Origin: Trichoplax adhaerens
Lineage: Eukaryota; Animalia; Placozoa
Length of the DNA stretch: 64,000 nucleotides
Reading direction: 5' to 3'
NCBI RefSeq assembly: GCF_000150275.1
Contig: NW_002060946.1
Span: 6,176,597-6,240,596 of the forward strand
Translations under genes and position numbers: made by a program
Part shown: positions 25,579 to 41,300 of the stretch, one piece after another
How the letters are laid out: every line of letters starts with the position of its first letter
How positions within the stretch are numbered: the first letter of the stretch is position 1
Notes under the pieces: generated by a model
What the model was told of the DNA's origin: nothing
What the model saw: only the letters and a program-made list of their open reading frames with translations
Databases searched by the model: none

Positions 25579-28500
25579 CTGTTTAAAAAACGTAGTTATG
25601 TATAATTAAAATCAGCAGTTCCAAAGATAGTTGTCATCCACTATGGCACATAACAACTTCGTAGATATAAATCATAATTTCTTAACACTGGTCTATAGCT
25701 TGGAGAATAGGTTAGATGGCACAGTTAGGGTATGTATAAGTAGCCATAAGCATCATGATCTATACGCTCTCAAACTATGTTTCTCCACTTTCAGTGCAAC
25801 AATGTACTATAGTCTGTAGCTGCTGAAAAATCACTTGTAAGGGTTCTAAAAGCAAAGCTAACTTATTTTGAATTAATATCACCACTAATATTGATAGTAC
25901 TCACAAGGTCGTTAGCCATACTGAGAGCAATTAGGTTATTCGCAAGCAATATTCAACTGTTAGGAATTAGTATTAATCATAACGAACTTAATTCAGCTTT
26001 ACTCTTCTAGTGGAACACTTTGCTATAGCTATCTAATAGACCTCTTTACGGTATCGAAGATACTCATTTTGGGATTAGTATCTATTCCATAGTCATAAAA
26101 ATTTCATGATATACACGATATCTTTAATCGTACTACGAAACATAGCAGAATGCAACAAAATTTTTTCCAACTTTAGCCTGTAAAGTACAAACTATCGTTT
26201 ATACCGTCTAAAGCTAGCGAAAATCACTTTCTCTCTTTATCATTTGACTATTGGTAGACCATCTCTAACGATCAAAATTTAGAATCAATTGCAAGATTGT
26301 ATCATTTCTGAGATCTTTGCTATATTATATATTAATATACGATTTCTGATCTTTCAGTATTACTAGTACAGCAACAGTAAGAAATTTTTAAATATAACGG
26401 TCGTGTACTACATAAGTTTGTCGTGATTAAGGATAATATGACGAAAGTTTAATTTACTTGTAACTAGATAAGTATCTAGGTGAAGTATCTAGCGGTCTTA
26501 GATTTAGCTTATTTTTGCCGATAGGCAGCTATGAACGATACTCTTGTAGGAAGAAACCTGCTACAGATAAATACTGCATTCCGTATTTAACTGTTATATC
26601 GATTTTACTAGAAAGAAACCTAGACTTGTAAATTTCAATTTGGCAACTAAGGGAAAAAAACGACTTTAGCTACTGTGCTATATAGAAAAATACCTGTACG
26701 CTGTGTTAACAGATAGCCATTTAGAAAGTACTATGCAAATGAGTACAAATTTACAGTCTAGCAATACCCTCTACGGAGTACATTTAGTAACAATTAAAAA
26801 ATTGAACTACTTCATGTACAGTAAAGAAGAAGCAATAAGTTGGAAAAGATTTCGAGGTGAAAAAAATAGTTTAATATACATTACGTTTTACCTTAACGAT
26901 TGTATTTGCCCTTTGAAATCGGTTGATTCCATGATAGAGAAGAAATATCAATGAAGATTTTCAGCCAATTATATTTATCAAGGAGGTGACGAAATTTTAT
27001 CTGATCTAATGTACTACCTGGCAGAACTTTGAATTGTAGAGTTTTACTGCATTAATACTTTATTCGCGCATTAGTTCATATTGTAGCTATGGACCTTTCA
27101 GTACGGTCGAAAATATAGATCTTACAATTCAGGAATATTTCACACAACTTTCACAAGTTGAAAGTTAATCTGACAGAAATGGGCCGATTGTGAATATGGA
27201 TGGGAACGGATAAAATGCTAAAACTGCGGCTCCACACGTGGGGCTGAAATGTTTCAACTATCCCTTGTGTGATTTAGGGCGTTGATAGAGGTGGTAAAAT
27301 CACGACTACTCGATATCCATATTTGACACGAGCGATCCTCTACATCAAAATATTCCTAATCATACCCCTTCCGGCTATCATCTAGATAGCTTCTTTTGAA
27401 GAAAAAAAAGGACCGTGTTTGCACTTTTTTTTTACGTAATTATCATATAATATTTACAGTTGCTTGATGATACAATATTTTGATATTTTACTTTTCTATT
27501 AGTAATAAGGTTCCTGAAAGAGGTTCAAAAAGAAGGTTTTTTGCAACGGGTATTCTATAATAACAGAGATTTTTCGAATTTTTTACCAGGTAAGAAAAGA
27601 AATCGAAAAGTCCCTGCCTATAACTATTGATTTTGCAACTAATCATACTATTAGTGGACGCTTCGTATAAGTTACTGAGGTCTTTATCCATATTTCATGC
27701 CTCATTTTTGTTTGCTGCTCGTGTGATGTACTCTATATCAAGTTAATAACTAATCATAACTTTTCTTCCCATAGGTTCTGATCTGTTACTTTCGATAATG
27801 TTTGTTTACTATTGATTTTACTCAACAGTTCATAATGCCTTTTGGAACCATGATCAGTATAGACGCAACTTGATAAATAAAGAGATTATATTATCATGCA
27901 ATCATGATAGGCTAAAGTTCATCGTTGCCAAGAGTGGCAGATTATTACCTTAATAATGTGTAAACAGAAGGCGTCAATAAGATGATCACCTATGATACTA
28001 GGGATGTAATTCTTACATTCCTCTCCTTTATGGCATGTCTTTCTATCTGAAGGCATTCAAAATTGGCTGCTATGACTGATACTTGCAAAGTTAAACTGCG
28101 GGAAGCTATTAGAAATACCATATAGCTTTTATACGTGCAAGCTTTACGGATTGAGAGGTAGAGATAGATACTTGTAAAGCAAACTGTGCAAGGCTCTTCG
28201 AAATATGATACAGTCTTTATACTCGTAAGCTTCAGGGATTGACGGAAAGACCGCGATCGGGATGAGAAATTCTATTATTTAATAAGGAGAGGGGCTGGTG
28301 AGTCTGTCTGCTAGCCCTAATTTTATTTATAGTTCATTTCAGTAATATACACTTATGTATTGGCTAGATGCATTAGGTAAATTGCTTCGTTCGCGCGAAA
28401 GGATCGGCAGAGCTAAGCACAATTCAAGTCTGTATTTATTAAAATTCTAAATATGTTATCGACAGGGATATCGGAGAAATACGCGTAAGGAAATACCTTG

Positions 28501-29758
28501 TAAGTTACTTACAACTCAGTTACAAGTTGCAACAGACTTACGGTAGGTAATAAACTGTTTATTGTGGCGTTATGCCATGCAGGTTGTGCACGCCATGTTT
28601 ATTTCACAGTACAGTCCTATCCTCGACATTTTCATGCTATAAAATAAGTTTTAAAATTCTAAATGATGCATAAGATCGTATCAAAGATGAACAATTTTCG
28701 AGCTGCTAAAGTAACGGGGACTCAATTTATTCGATAGTAAATCAATTTTATCCATCACCAGCAGAGACCGCTGTTGGAGAATACAATTTAGTGCAGCGCA
28801 ATCTGAAAGAACATCGTTTAATGTCATGTATCTATTCCTAGCCTACATATCTACTCGGCAATACTTAGATAGAATGCTAGACGGAGCTGCAACTGTAGCC
28901 GAATAATCTCATTTCGCTGTGGTCAACGCAATTTAAGATGAAATATTGCTTTATGCCTTGCTATCTTCTTCTACGATATTGACTATGCATGTGATTCCAT
29001 TTACAGTACAGTATGCCGCTCAGTTTACTTTAATGCACATTATTTTTCTTTCTTCTTTTGAAGCGTTCTCCGTCAGCTTAAAATACCCATAGTTGGCTAC
29101 TTATAACACTTCAAAGATTGTTGATAAAGATGGTCGGTAGATCATCCTTGTTACAATTGGCTTCCAGCAGCACTGAGGTACATATAATATTTAAATTGGC
29201 AGTGAATATAATTTGACTACATCAATACAAGCGTATATGTGATTTTTTGGACGAAAATATCAACCTTCTGTGCAGCCATGAACGGCTGGAAGAAGATCAT
29301 CGTGCAGGATGACATTATACACTAAATACAATGATACTGTCGAAGCAAAATAGACGCTGCAAATTGCGCAATAAGTTGCGTAAGAGATGTCCCTAGTTGC
29401 ATCAAGTGAAAATTCTTGTTTATGGGCTGCTAAATGAATAGCAACTGCAACTCTAGCATGAAAAATTTTCAACAGTATTCGCAAAGTCGTCAACATTTCT
29501 AGCCATTAAAGGATATCGGCATGGAGCAAGAAGAAATCCCTCGATAGTATACTGTAGGACTTTCTCATACTGACATGAAGATGATCTGTTAAGTCAGTAT
29601 ATGTACTATAGCGGATAGTATGGTATTGTACACTATACTGTACAGCATACAGTATAAAGCGCTACTGTGGTCTGTACACTATATACCCTGTACTGTTCCA
29701 TTATACTGTAGCTCATTTCGATCCGTCCAAAGCTTTTCCCTGACAACAACAAATCAAG

Positions 29759-32760
<3,002 letters not shown>

Positions 32761-34422
32761 CCTACGCTGTTGGGTAAATTTATAATCAGTAAAAGCTTTT
32801 ACATCAAATTACCTACTTGTCACTTATTAGATGCAACGTAGAATGAAATATACGAAATAAGATGACAAAATGTACTGCAGATAACGATGCAATGATTTTA
32901 TTGAAGGTTATTGTACTTACTTTATCGCGATATATTGAAAGATACTGTATGACTATGACGTCTTTGACTGTAAAATTATATGTGAATAAATGCGACTTAT
33001 CAGCTTTCAAGTGTAATAATAATAACTGTTATCACAAGACGGTACGCTACGAAACTTTTTACATACTGTTGTTAAACTCTTTGCTTACCGTAGTGCGCAA
33101 AACTCATCCTTTTTTTTCTATAGCATATGCTGATGTATTTCCATTTAGTTATGATTTTAGATTAGATAAGAAATAAAACATAAGTACAAACATCTATGGT
33201 GAGGGTTGCTAGTCTCTAAAGCTAAAGAGTGAGATATCTTGACTAGCTTGTGTATGAACTACAAACACCACGGGAATCTTTTTCTGTGCAATGTTGCAAC
33301 ATAAAAAACTTCACTCAATAATTGCAGATATATTAAATTCAATTTAGGAACATTAAGTAGATTGGATTTCAGCATATACCTTCTAAAAATTTGAATACAT
33401 CAAAGATTTTGTAAGTGATCGCTTATACTTCTTAATTAAATGTTCAAGCCTTTTTTGTATATCACTGTCATGAGATAATCTGTTCATCCATCAATGCACA
33501 CAGTATGTGAAAGTAATTTTCGAGATTGAGGTGTTCACATCACGCTTTGATATCTGCCGTTTTGTTACCGAAATCTCAGGGCATAAATTTTATAGACATT
33601 TGTAAGCGCGTGATATAGAGTAGTATTTAAGGCTGCTAAATAAAGGACGATATCCCAATCGATAGTCTAACTTATGCGCTGAAATATCATATTAGAATAT
33701 AGTATTACCGGAGGACATCGGTACTAAATAACCTGAAATCGTTCAAGACAGATCATTTTGGAATGATGAAATAATACCCTTATACGCGTACAATACAAAT
33801 TCAATAATTACGACTGGCATGCTACACACAAAATGTTCTGCACATAATTATATTTATTTATTAGTTATACATCTTTGATAAGAATGAGCAATTTGCAAGA
33901 TTTGTACTTCCATCCTAAAGAATAGTAAACATACTTGTGTTACAGGTGTATTAGTCTGAAGAAGTACTGATAGTTGCTAAAATTTTGACTACAGTATTAC
34001 GAAATGAGTAATACTGCATACCAGGATAGGTAGCTATACACAAGTCGGTTATCCGAGAAGACGGGTACTCATGATCGTATTGACCATCACCATAACAATG
34101 AAGAGGTATTCACTTTATTGCAAATACCTACCACCATCACTATTTTATATTTTAATTTCTATAACGCAGAGAAAAAATCATTCATTAAAGCTATTTACAA
34201 AAACATTCGGAGTACTGTACGAAGACTGCAAATCTCTGTCCTTATTCTTGCTGCAGTTACGCAAAGATATGGTAGACTGGGCACAAAAACGTTGATCTTA
34301 CTTCACTCCATTGCTAATGCCAGTAGTAAAGTTGCCAAAAATGACTACATTTGATAGAAGATACTTTGTAAAGCTTTGATTATACGAATTATTCCGAAAT
34401 GGTAATGTTAAATGTTGAAAAA

Positions 34423-37012
34423 CTACTCATTTTTCAGGCGTCGTTTAGTAAGATATGCTTTATAATAAAAGTTACAGAAAAGCCACAGCATACTAAATCC
34501 ATATATAACACCATAAAAACAGAAGCCATGATATAAATATCCTAAGGTGCTATGGGTTACACCGATAATAAATTGTAAAATCTGCATTTCAGTCAATCTT
34601 TTCTTCCACGTCGGAGGATTTGCAGGGTCTAGTGCACACATACCATAGTAATAATACAAAAAAACATGAATTACAGAATTAATTCCTAAAGGTATGGCAA
34701 TGGCAGGATACGGACAAAGGCGATAACCAAACTCGCTGAACAATACCATACTGGAATGATGATAAACATGAAGGAACGACAGCTGTCGGTATTTTTTCTT
34801 CAAAATAATATATAGAGTATCCAATAGTTCAACATTTTTACTAATCCAATACAGATAAAATCCATAACGTAAATTCTCAACAGGTTTGGTAAGAAATGCC
34901 GATCCTCCTTGATAGGCGCCATAAAATGAAGACAGAGCTGTATATACACTCACAGCACTGCAGAAAAAATTATGAATAATAAGCAGCGGGCGCAAGCTAA
35001 AGGCTCGCATTCTGGAGGTTAAAGCTACAAGTAGCGGTAAGGAGATGAGGTAGATAAGGCATGTCTTGAATGACACAAGCTGGAATATAGTTTTCCAGAA
35101 AATTTCCGATGTTATCGCTAAAATAGATTTTGAAAGAAAGGTATATATTATACAATTGTTTAAATGTTTGTTCTACAGGGGATTTTACTTGATACCTTGA
35201 GTTAGATAAGGTAAAATGTTTAAAGGGATAAGTAAAGTAATGTAATTCGTATAATTTTCAATAATTTTATCTAAAATTTTAGATTAAACATGTTAAATCT
35301 ATAAGATAAGTTGTCCCGGCTAGCTGTCACTGCGGTATCGTGATAATATAAGTATACGTTAGTACTTTAAAAGTTCACTAAAGTAATTAAACTTAATTGC
35401 TAGTCAGCTTTTTATGATAGCTAATTTAGTAGGTAAGATATAGTCGGTTAATATGAATGCCCCTGTACATTACAATGTTCTATTTCTAGCGGAGAGTTTG
35501 ACTACTGTAATTTTCTACAAATTCAGTGAAGTCATTGGTAAAAGTGTCGTTTATTAAACTCTTGTTCGTACTACATGAAGCCTTCTCAATATTAGGTTAA
35601 TGTTCACTATGATAAGAGATATTAACAAACGAATAATGAATAGGCGTTTCATTAGCAGTTTAATTTTTTATAAATGCATAAAGCGTAACCACCGACTGTC
35701 TTGATTACAAGTTATGATGTCGTGAGGTATTTAATTGGAATAAAGGCAAAAAAAGTATGCGTTGTAAAAGTTGATTATAAGGCCTTAGTCTAGAAAATCA
35801 GTACTAGATGCTGAACGCTAGAGAATTGGTCTTCAAGTAGTAAGAATGCATTTTGTATTTTACTCGATTTTTCGCCATAATGTTTATACTGTAGATATCT
35901 GATTGGAAATTTTGAAAATTTCAAAGTACTAGACGATCTTGTCGAGATTTATTTAACAATATTAACGGAATACTATATAATATCTTGACATTATCATATT
36001 CTGCCCTATCAATGACACATTTTCGTTGTATTCAATGACTTGTACATCCTAGCATTACAGTAGCAAGGTTGCGTTTTATATTTTGTTCGATTTCTTCGCC
36101 ATACAGAGTCTTAGCTTGACTGTCGATTCTCATATTGATGGGAATTTGAAACGATTTAATTTTTATTGCCCTTCACTGCTCAAGTGTACCGGATATCGAT
36201 CATGATGATTTGATGAATCTACATTGAACTACAGCAATATCATTAACAAGCTGGCGTAAATTCGCTATCATTACGGTAGTGTTGACAGTTGATTATACTG
36301 TATATATACATACTGTAAGCCTGTAATGCTTATATATGGTGTACGGTATAGCTGATTGTCAATTTCGAAAATGTTCAAGTATTAGACGATATCGCAGAAA
36401 TTTTATCTAACACTATAAACACAATGCTATACGGTATCTTGACATTACAATATATTCTGCGCTATCAATGATGTATTTTGGTTGCATGCAATCACTTTAT
36501 ACTACATTTATAACCGCAACTTGCCCATGATATCGATTCCAAAGTATTACATTAATTTGTCAGTGATGTTTGAAATCAAAGCAGTATGCAAGTGTAAGTT
36601 AGTACGTTTCAGCCAAGCTTGAACCCCTGATGCTATTGAGCCTTTCAATACTTCTGTTGCTTGATTTACAGCGAGAGTAGAAATAGATGAGAAAATTGGA
36701 TTCCCCTAATTTTATTGATTCCTTTGTGAAACAACCGTTCATCCTTGTACACTGTAGTAATTAGTCAATGCTAATCCAATGTATCTGTGTCTATACTATA
36801 GCTCCTAATAAATCTGCAGACGTCTAATCTTATCCCTTAATGGCTGGAAGTGAGACTATGTACTGGAATATTACGTCTAGCAGACAAACGCAATTCTACT
36901 ACCTTGGCGAGATTACCGTTGCTACAGCAACACCAAATCGACGGACGACTTGATGAACTGACGCTGCGGCTACTGTAGGATAATCATTCTTACCGTTAGC
37001 TGTAGTGGACAT
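34423..37012 (-). CDS. ELO-family fatty-acid elongase, two coding exons
   Basis: Main exon 35118-34423 carries SKNVELLDT, FLHVYHH (HxxHH), NSVIHVFLYYYY, LTEMQILQF, LFCNFY and a basic C-terminus KRRLKNE. Putative exon 1 37012-36994 (MSTTAN, phase-1 donor gtaag) splices in frame to AITSEIFWKT... Confidence 0.9.
35899..36497. repeat. Diverged ~140-bp direct duplication in the elongase intron
   Basis: 35899-~36040 aligns with 36352-~36497 (ctgattg..aattt.gaaaat..aagta.tagacgat..atcttgacatta..atattctgc.ctatcaatga). Confidence 0.75.
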
Positions 37013-37285
37013 TGAAGAATTGGCATAAGCAAGTTACGAATCTGAAGGCAAAGTTTTACGATCAATCAAGCTTCAAATAGAGTTCTGTCTACTGTATATC
37101 CGATAATTATAACAAGCTGTTATGTCGTTTATTTCTGTTAATTGGCTATAATGTGGCTGCTTAAGTTGGCCAATTAGTCGCTCCAGTATGGCAAGTCTGC
37201 AAACTAGTTTATATCTTATTGTGGACGCTATTGCTGATATCAGTCACTATACTCTACTAACCGATGTACCAATCGGACATGGTAT

Positions 37286-37335
37286 TTACTGTAGTACTAT
37301 ACTGTTGTACTGTACAATGTACAGTGTACAGTACG
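37286..37335. promoter_or_regulatory. Putative bidirectional promoter element between the elongase and TBL3
   Basis: TGTACAATGTACAGTGTACA at 37311-37330, 126 nt before the first TBL3 ATG and about 300 nt before the elongase ATG. Confidence 0.5.
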
Positions 37336-37377
37336 GCGTTCAATACGGTAGCAAAGCGAGTACTTTGTATTGTGGCA

Positions 37378-38322
37378 AAACTTGCGCAATGGACTCCTCC
37401 GTCCTTACTGGTCAGATTCCGACTTGACCAGCTAGAAAAGGAAGCCGCATTCGTCATGGCAGCTAGCGCAGCTTCTGTCCAGCTACTCAAGAAAGAGTAA
37501 CTCTTAGCCTTACTTCGATACGATTTTATCCGTCGTGTTGACATGATGTTGTGGCAAAAATGTTTACCAATAAGGTTGTCCTTGCTTTTGTCTCTACTAG
37601 AAGTACTGGCTACTATCTCCAATGACTCAGTTCGATCACGGTTACGGTATAATAACACAAAATACGTGCAAATACTATACAATTATTTGCTTATTAAAGT
37701 CCCATCTGGGACACTGCATTAAAGTCTGTACGATCGAGGTGTCGATCGGCTTGCGCAAGCGTAAAGCGTGCGCAGTGGACTCCTCAGTCCTCACTGGTCT
37801 GACCTGACCGACTAGAAAAGGAAGGCTCATTTGTTATGGCAGCTAGCGCAGCTTCTGGACAGTTACTCAAGAAACAGTAAGTCTTAGCCTTACTTCGATA
37901 CAATTTTATCCGTAGTATTGACATGATGTTGTGGCGAAAATATTTACCAATAAGGTTTCCCTTTACTTTTGTCACTAGTACAAGTACTAGCTACTATCTC
38001 CAATGACTCGGTTGGATCACTGTTACAGTATGATAACACAAAATACACCCAAATGCTATACAATTGTTTGCTTATTAAAGTCCCATCTGGGACACTGCAT
38101 TAAAGTCTGTATGATCGAAGTGTCCATCTGCTTGCGCAAGCGTAGAGCTTGCACCATGTACTCCTCACCGAGCTGACCTGAACTAGAAAAGGAAGCCTCA
38201 TTCATCATGGCAGCTAACGCAGCTTCTGGCCAGCTACTCAAGAAACAGTAAGTCTTAGCCTTTTTTCGATACGATTTTATCCATAGTATTGACATAATGT
38301 TGTGGTAAAAATGTTTACAATA
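37378..38322 (+). repeat. ~375-bp tandem repeat, about 2.5 copies, each containing TBL3 coding exon 1
   Basis: Aligned copies with ATGs at 37456, 37836 and 38207 (periods 380 and 371 bp), differing by scattered substitutions and small indels. Confidence 0.95.
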
Positions 38323-41300
38323 TTCTTGAATCAGCCATCGAGTGCCCTATCTACCTCCATTAACTTGCTAATCCAGGATACTACTAGTTGATTTTCTAGC
38401 TGAAGAGATTGGTCCCACATGGAGTTATTTCTTAATTTTTATTGTACTAAGTAAAACGTAACAAATAGCTAATGCACAATAAATCTGTCCTACTTGTTGC
38501 CAATGGATAATGACATTGTCCTTAAGTGAATGAGCAGATTGGGCAAAGTAGAAGTGTATTGGATTTCAATTCTTATTATTGTTATACTGTAGCAGTACGC
38601 AAACAAGCATACTGATCAAGATAATAGTCAGTGTAATTACGTAATATCATGATACCATGATCTCGCTATCCTAAGTAGATCCTCGTTAGATTTATATGTT
38701 GCCAGTTTAGGATGTGAATACAATAATTAAATGCTCATACCAACACTAAAATCGATATATATTGTGTTCTGATGGAATATGCAGCTATTCCGTCACATCG
38801 CATTTAGAGCCTATATTTACTGGTGGCACTCTCCAGGTATGCAAGCTTGGAACAAATTCGATTTTACCTTAGCCTTTTCCTCTCTACCAGTGCCTTACAC
38901 TAGTATTGTTGCGTAGAATAGAATTGTTATATGCCTACAACTTATGACTGAGCTATCGCTCATTTCCTGCGTAGTTTTCCTCGTCTGCACAACATATCTT
39001 TTGTACCTTTGGCACCAAAGTCCAGGTGGTCGACATAAAAACTGGAGCAGTAACGACATCATTTGATGAGGTAAGGGCCTTATAAATTTACATAAAAAAT
39101 ATTGAAATTCAAATCTTGGCTGCTACTTGAAAGTCATAATAGTTACCATCCTTTAATTTATGAACTATGTAAATCGTTCCTTTTCAAATAGGATGAAGAT
39201 ATCATAACCTGTTTAGCTGTTACTCCTGATGATAAGGTCGTTGATAGTATTGGATAAGATCTTAGCTTCGATGTTTCATTATAGTAATTACAAATCTATC
39301 TATTAATAGCGTTAGAAATCCATCTGCTTATGTTATATGACTACTTTTACATATATTATAGTGGCTGTTAACATGCAGCCAAAATTTATTACTTCGACAA
39401 TGGAATTGGCAGGAAAAGTCTTGTACTCGTGCTTGGAAGGTACTAATGTGTTGATCTAGAACACTTTATTTTTGAAGCTGATTAACGTATCATCGTAAAT
39501 TCACTTTCTATAGTCCGCACACGTAGGACCTGTGGTAGCCATGGAATTTGATGCTTCGTCGACACTACTAGCAACAGGTAATTAAATGACACAGCTAAAA
39601 AGCCTTACCAACGTACACCAGTGTGACTTGCACTCATTCTCGTAATTTATATCATCTCAAATTGTAGGATCCAGCGATAGCACTATAAAAATTTGGGATA
39701 TCAGTAGTAATTACTATACTCATAACCTTAAAGGATCTCAAGGAGTTGTAAAGTAAGATGCAATACATCAAGTGAAGGAGAAGATAAGAGCTATGTCAAT
39801 AATCTTGTTTATATTAATTCCTGAATTATAATCTGTTAATACAAGCACAATAAGCTTTCATCCCGATCCTGCAATCCTACATTTATTTTCTGCTGCGGAT
39901 GACTATAAAATTAGGCAGTGGGATTTGAAATCGAGCAAGTTCGTATATCATGACTTTGTTAGAATTTTCAGGTGTAATCAATTGTCAATTCAGTGACACT
40001 CATACTGTATTTCATTACTGTCATACTTTATTAGATGTATTCGTATCTTTGAAGGCCATTACAGTTCTATATCAAGTTTAGCTTTTAGCCACGATGGTAA
40101 AACACTTTTAAGGTATTCACGATATCAGTAACAATATTGTACATAGCATGAATTCGCGATGCAAACACTCGATTCTAATACATATTTTTATACCAAATAT
40201 TCCACAGTGGTGGAAGAGATAATGTCGTCAATTTATGGGATATAGCTTCTAAAAGCCTACTTAAGACCATTCCAACATTCGAAGTTAGACGAATAATAAA
40301 TAAAATGCATGTTATTGACTCATGAACGCTAACAATCACCATTGTTAACTTTCGAACTGATAGATTGTTGAATCGGTCGTAGTCCTTCCGTCAGACATAA
40401 ATTTTCCTGGCAAAGAAAGCAATAATTCTATGCATTATATAACCGTTGGCAATAAAGGTAATGTCAGCCTAATTTACACTTTTTATTAAAATTAATTATG
40501 TAATAAATATTATGAAGTAACAACGTATTCTTTCTTATTGTTCTTGTGATACCATGTAGGTGTAATTCGCATCTGGAGGGCTAATGATAGTCGATGTGTT
40601 CATCAATTATCTCCATCGAACTTTTCAAATTCCGAATTGGCTGCTTTCACTCAGATATCATATCTGAAACCGACTAATTCATTGGCTTTAGTTACATTTG
40701 ATCATAATGTGATGATTTACGATGTAGAAGACCTAAAATTAAAGAAACTGGTAATTTCTATGATTTTGCTTTTAAATTTCGATGTGCTTTTTATTTATTT
40801 ATGAATTTTTTTATTGAAACACCAGTTAATAGGCCATAATGACGAAATAGTGGACGCAAGTTTTGTGTGTAAAGACGATAGTCATATAGTGGTTGCAACA
40901 AATAGTCCCGATCTACGAATATTTCAGCATGCTACCATGAGTTGTCAAATGCTATTTGGTCATACAGGTATTAAAGTTATGTTTTGATGGTAACCATTTT
41001 GACTACAATAACCAATTAAAATTTTGTTTTGACTTAGATACAATACTGTCCCTGGACGTATCGTATGATAGACAACTGATCGCTACATCTTCTAAAGTAT
41101 TTATCATAGCGTAATTTTGTTTTTGGGAGTTTACGGATAAGTTAATTCGCATGTCTAACCATTCAATATGTTGACAGGATCATACAATAAGAGTTTGGAA
41201 GGCGTTTCATGACTCTTTTCGATGTGTTGCAGTTGCTTCTGGCCATACTTCCGCAGTACCTGCAGTTGCCTTTTCAAGGTTGGTGTCAAATTGTTTGAGC

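Noticed and set aside
37188-38295. ORFs of 61-141 aa on both strands across the tandem repeat
   Set aside because: Stops and frames differ between copies; only the 41-nt TBL3 exon is consistently preserved.
37378-38322. Tandem repeat as an snRNA/snoRNA/5S array
   Set aside because: No recognisable RNA family motifs; the unit is explained by TBL3 exon 1 plus flanks.
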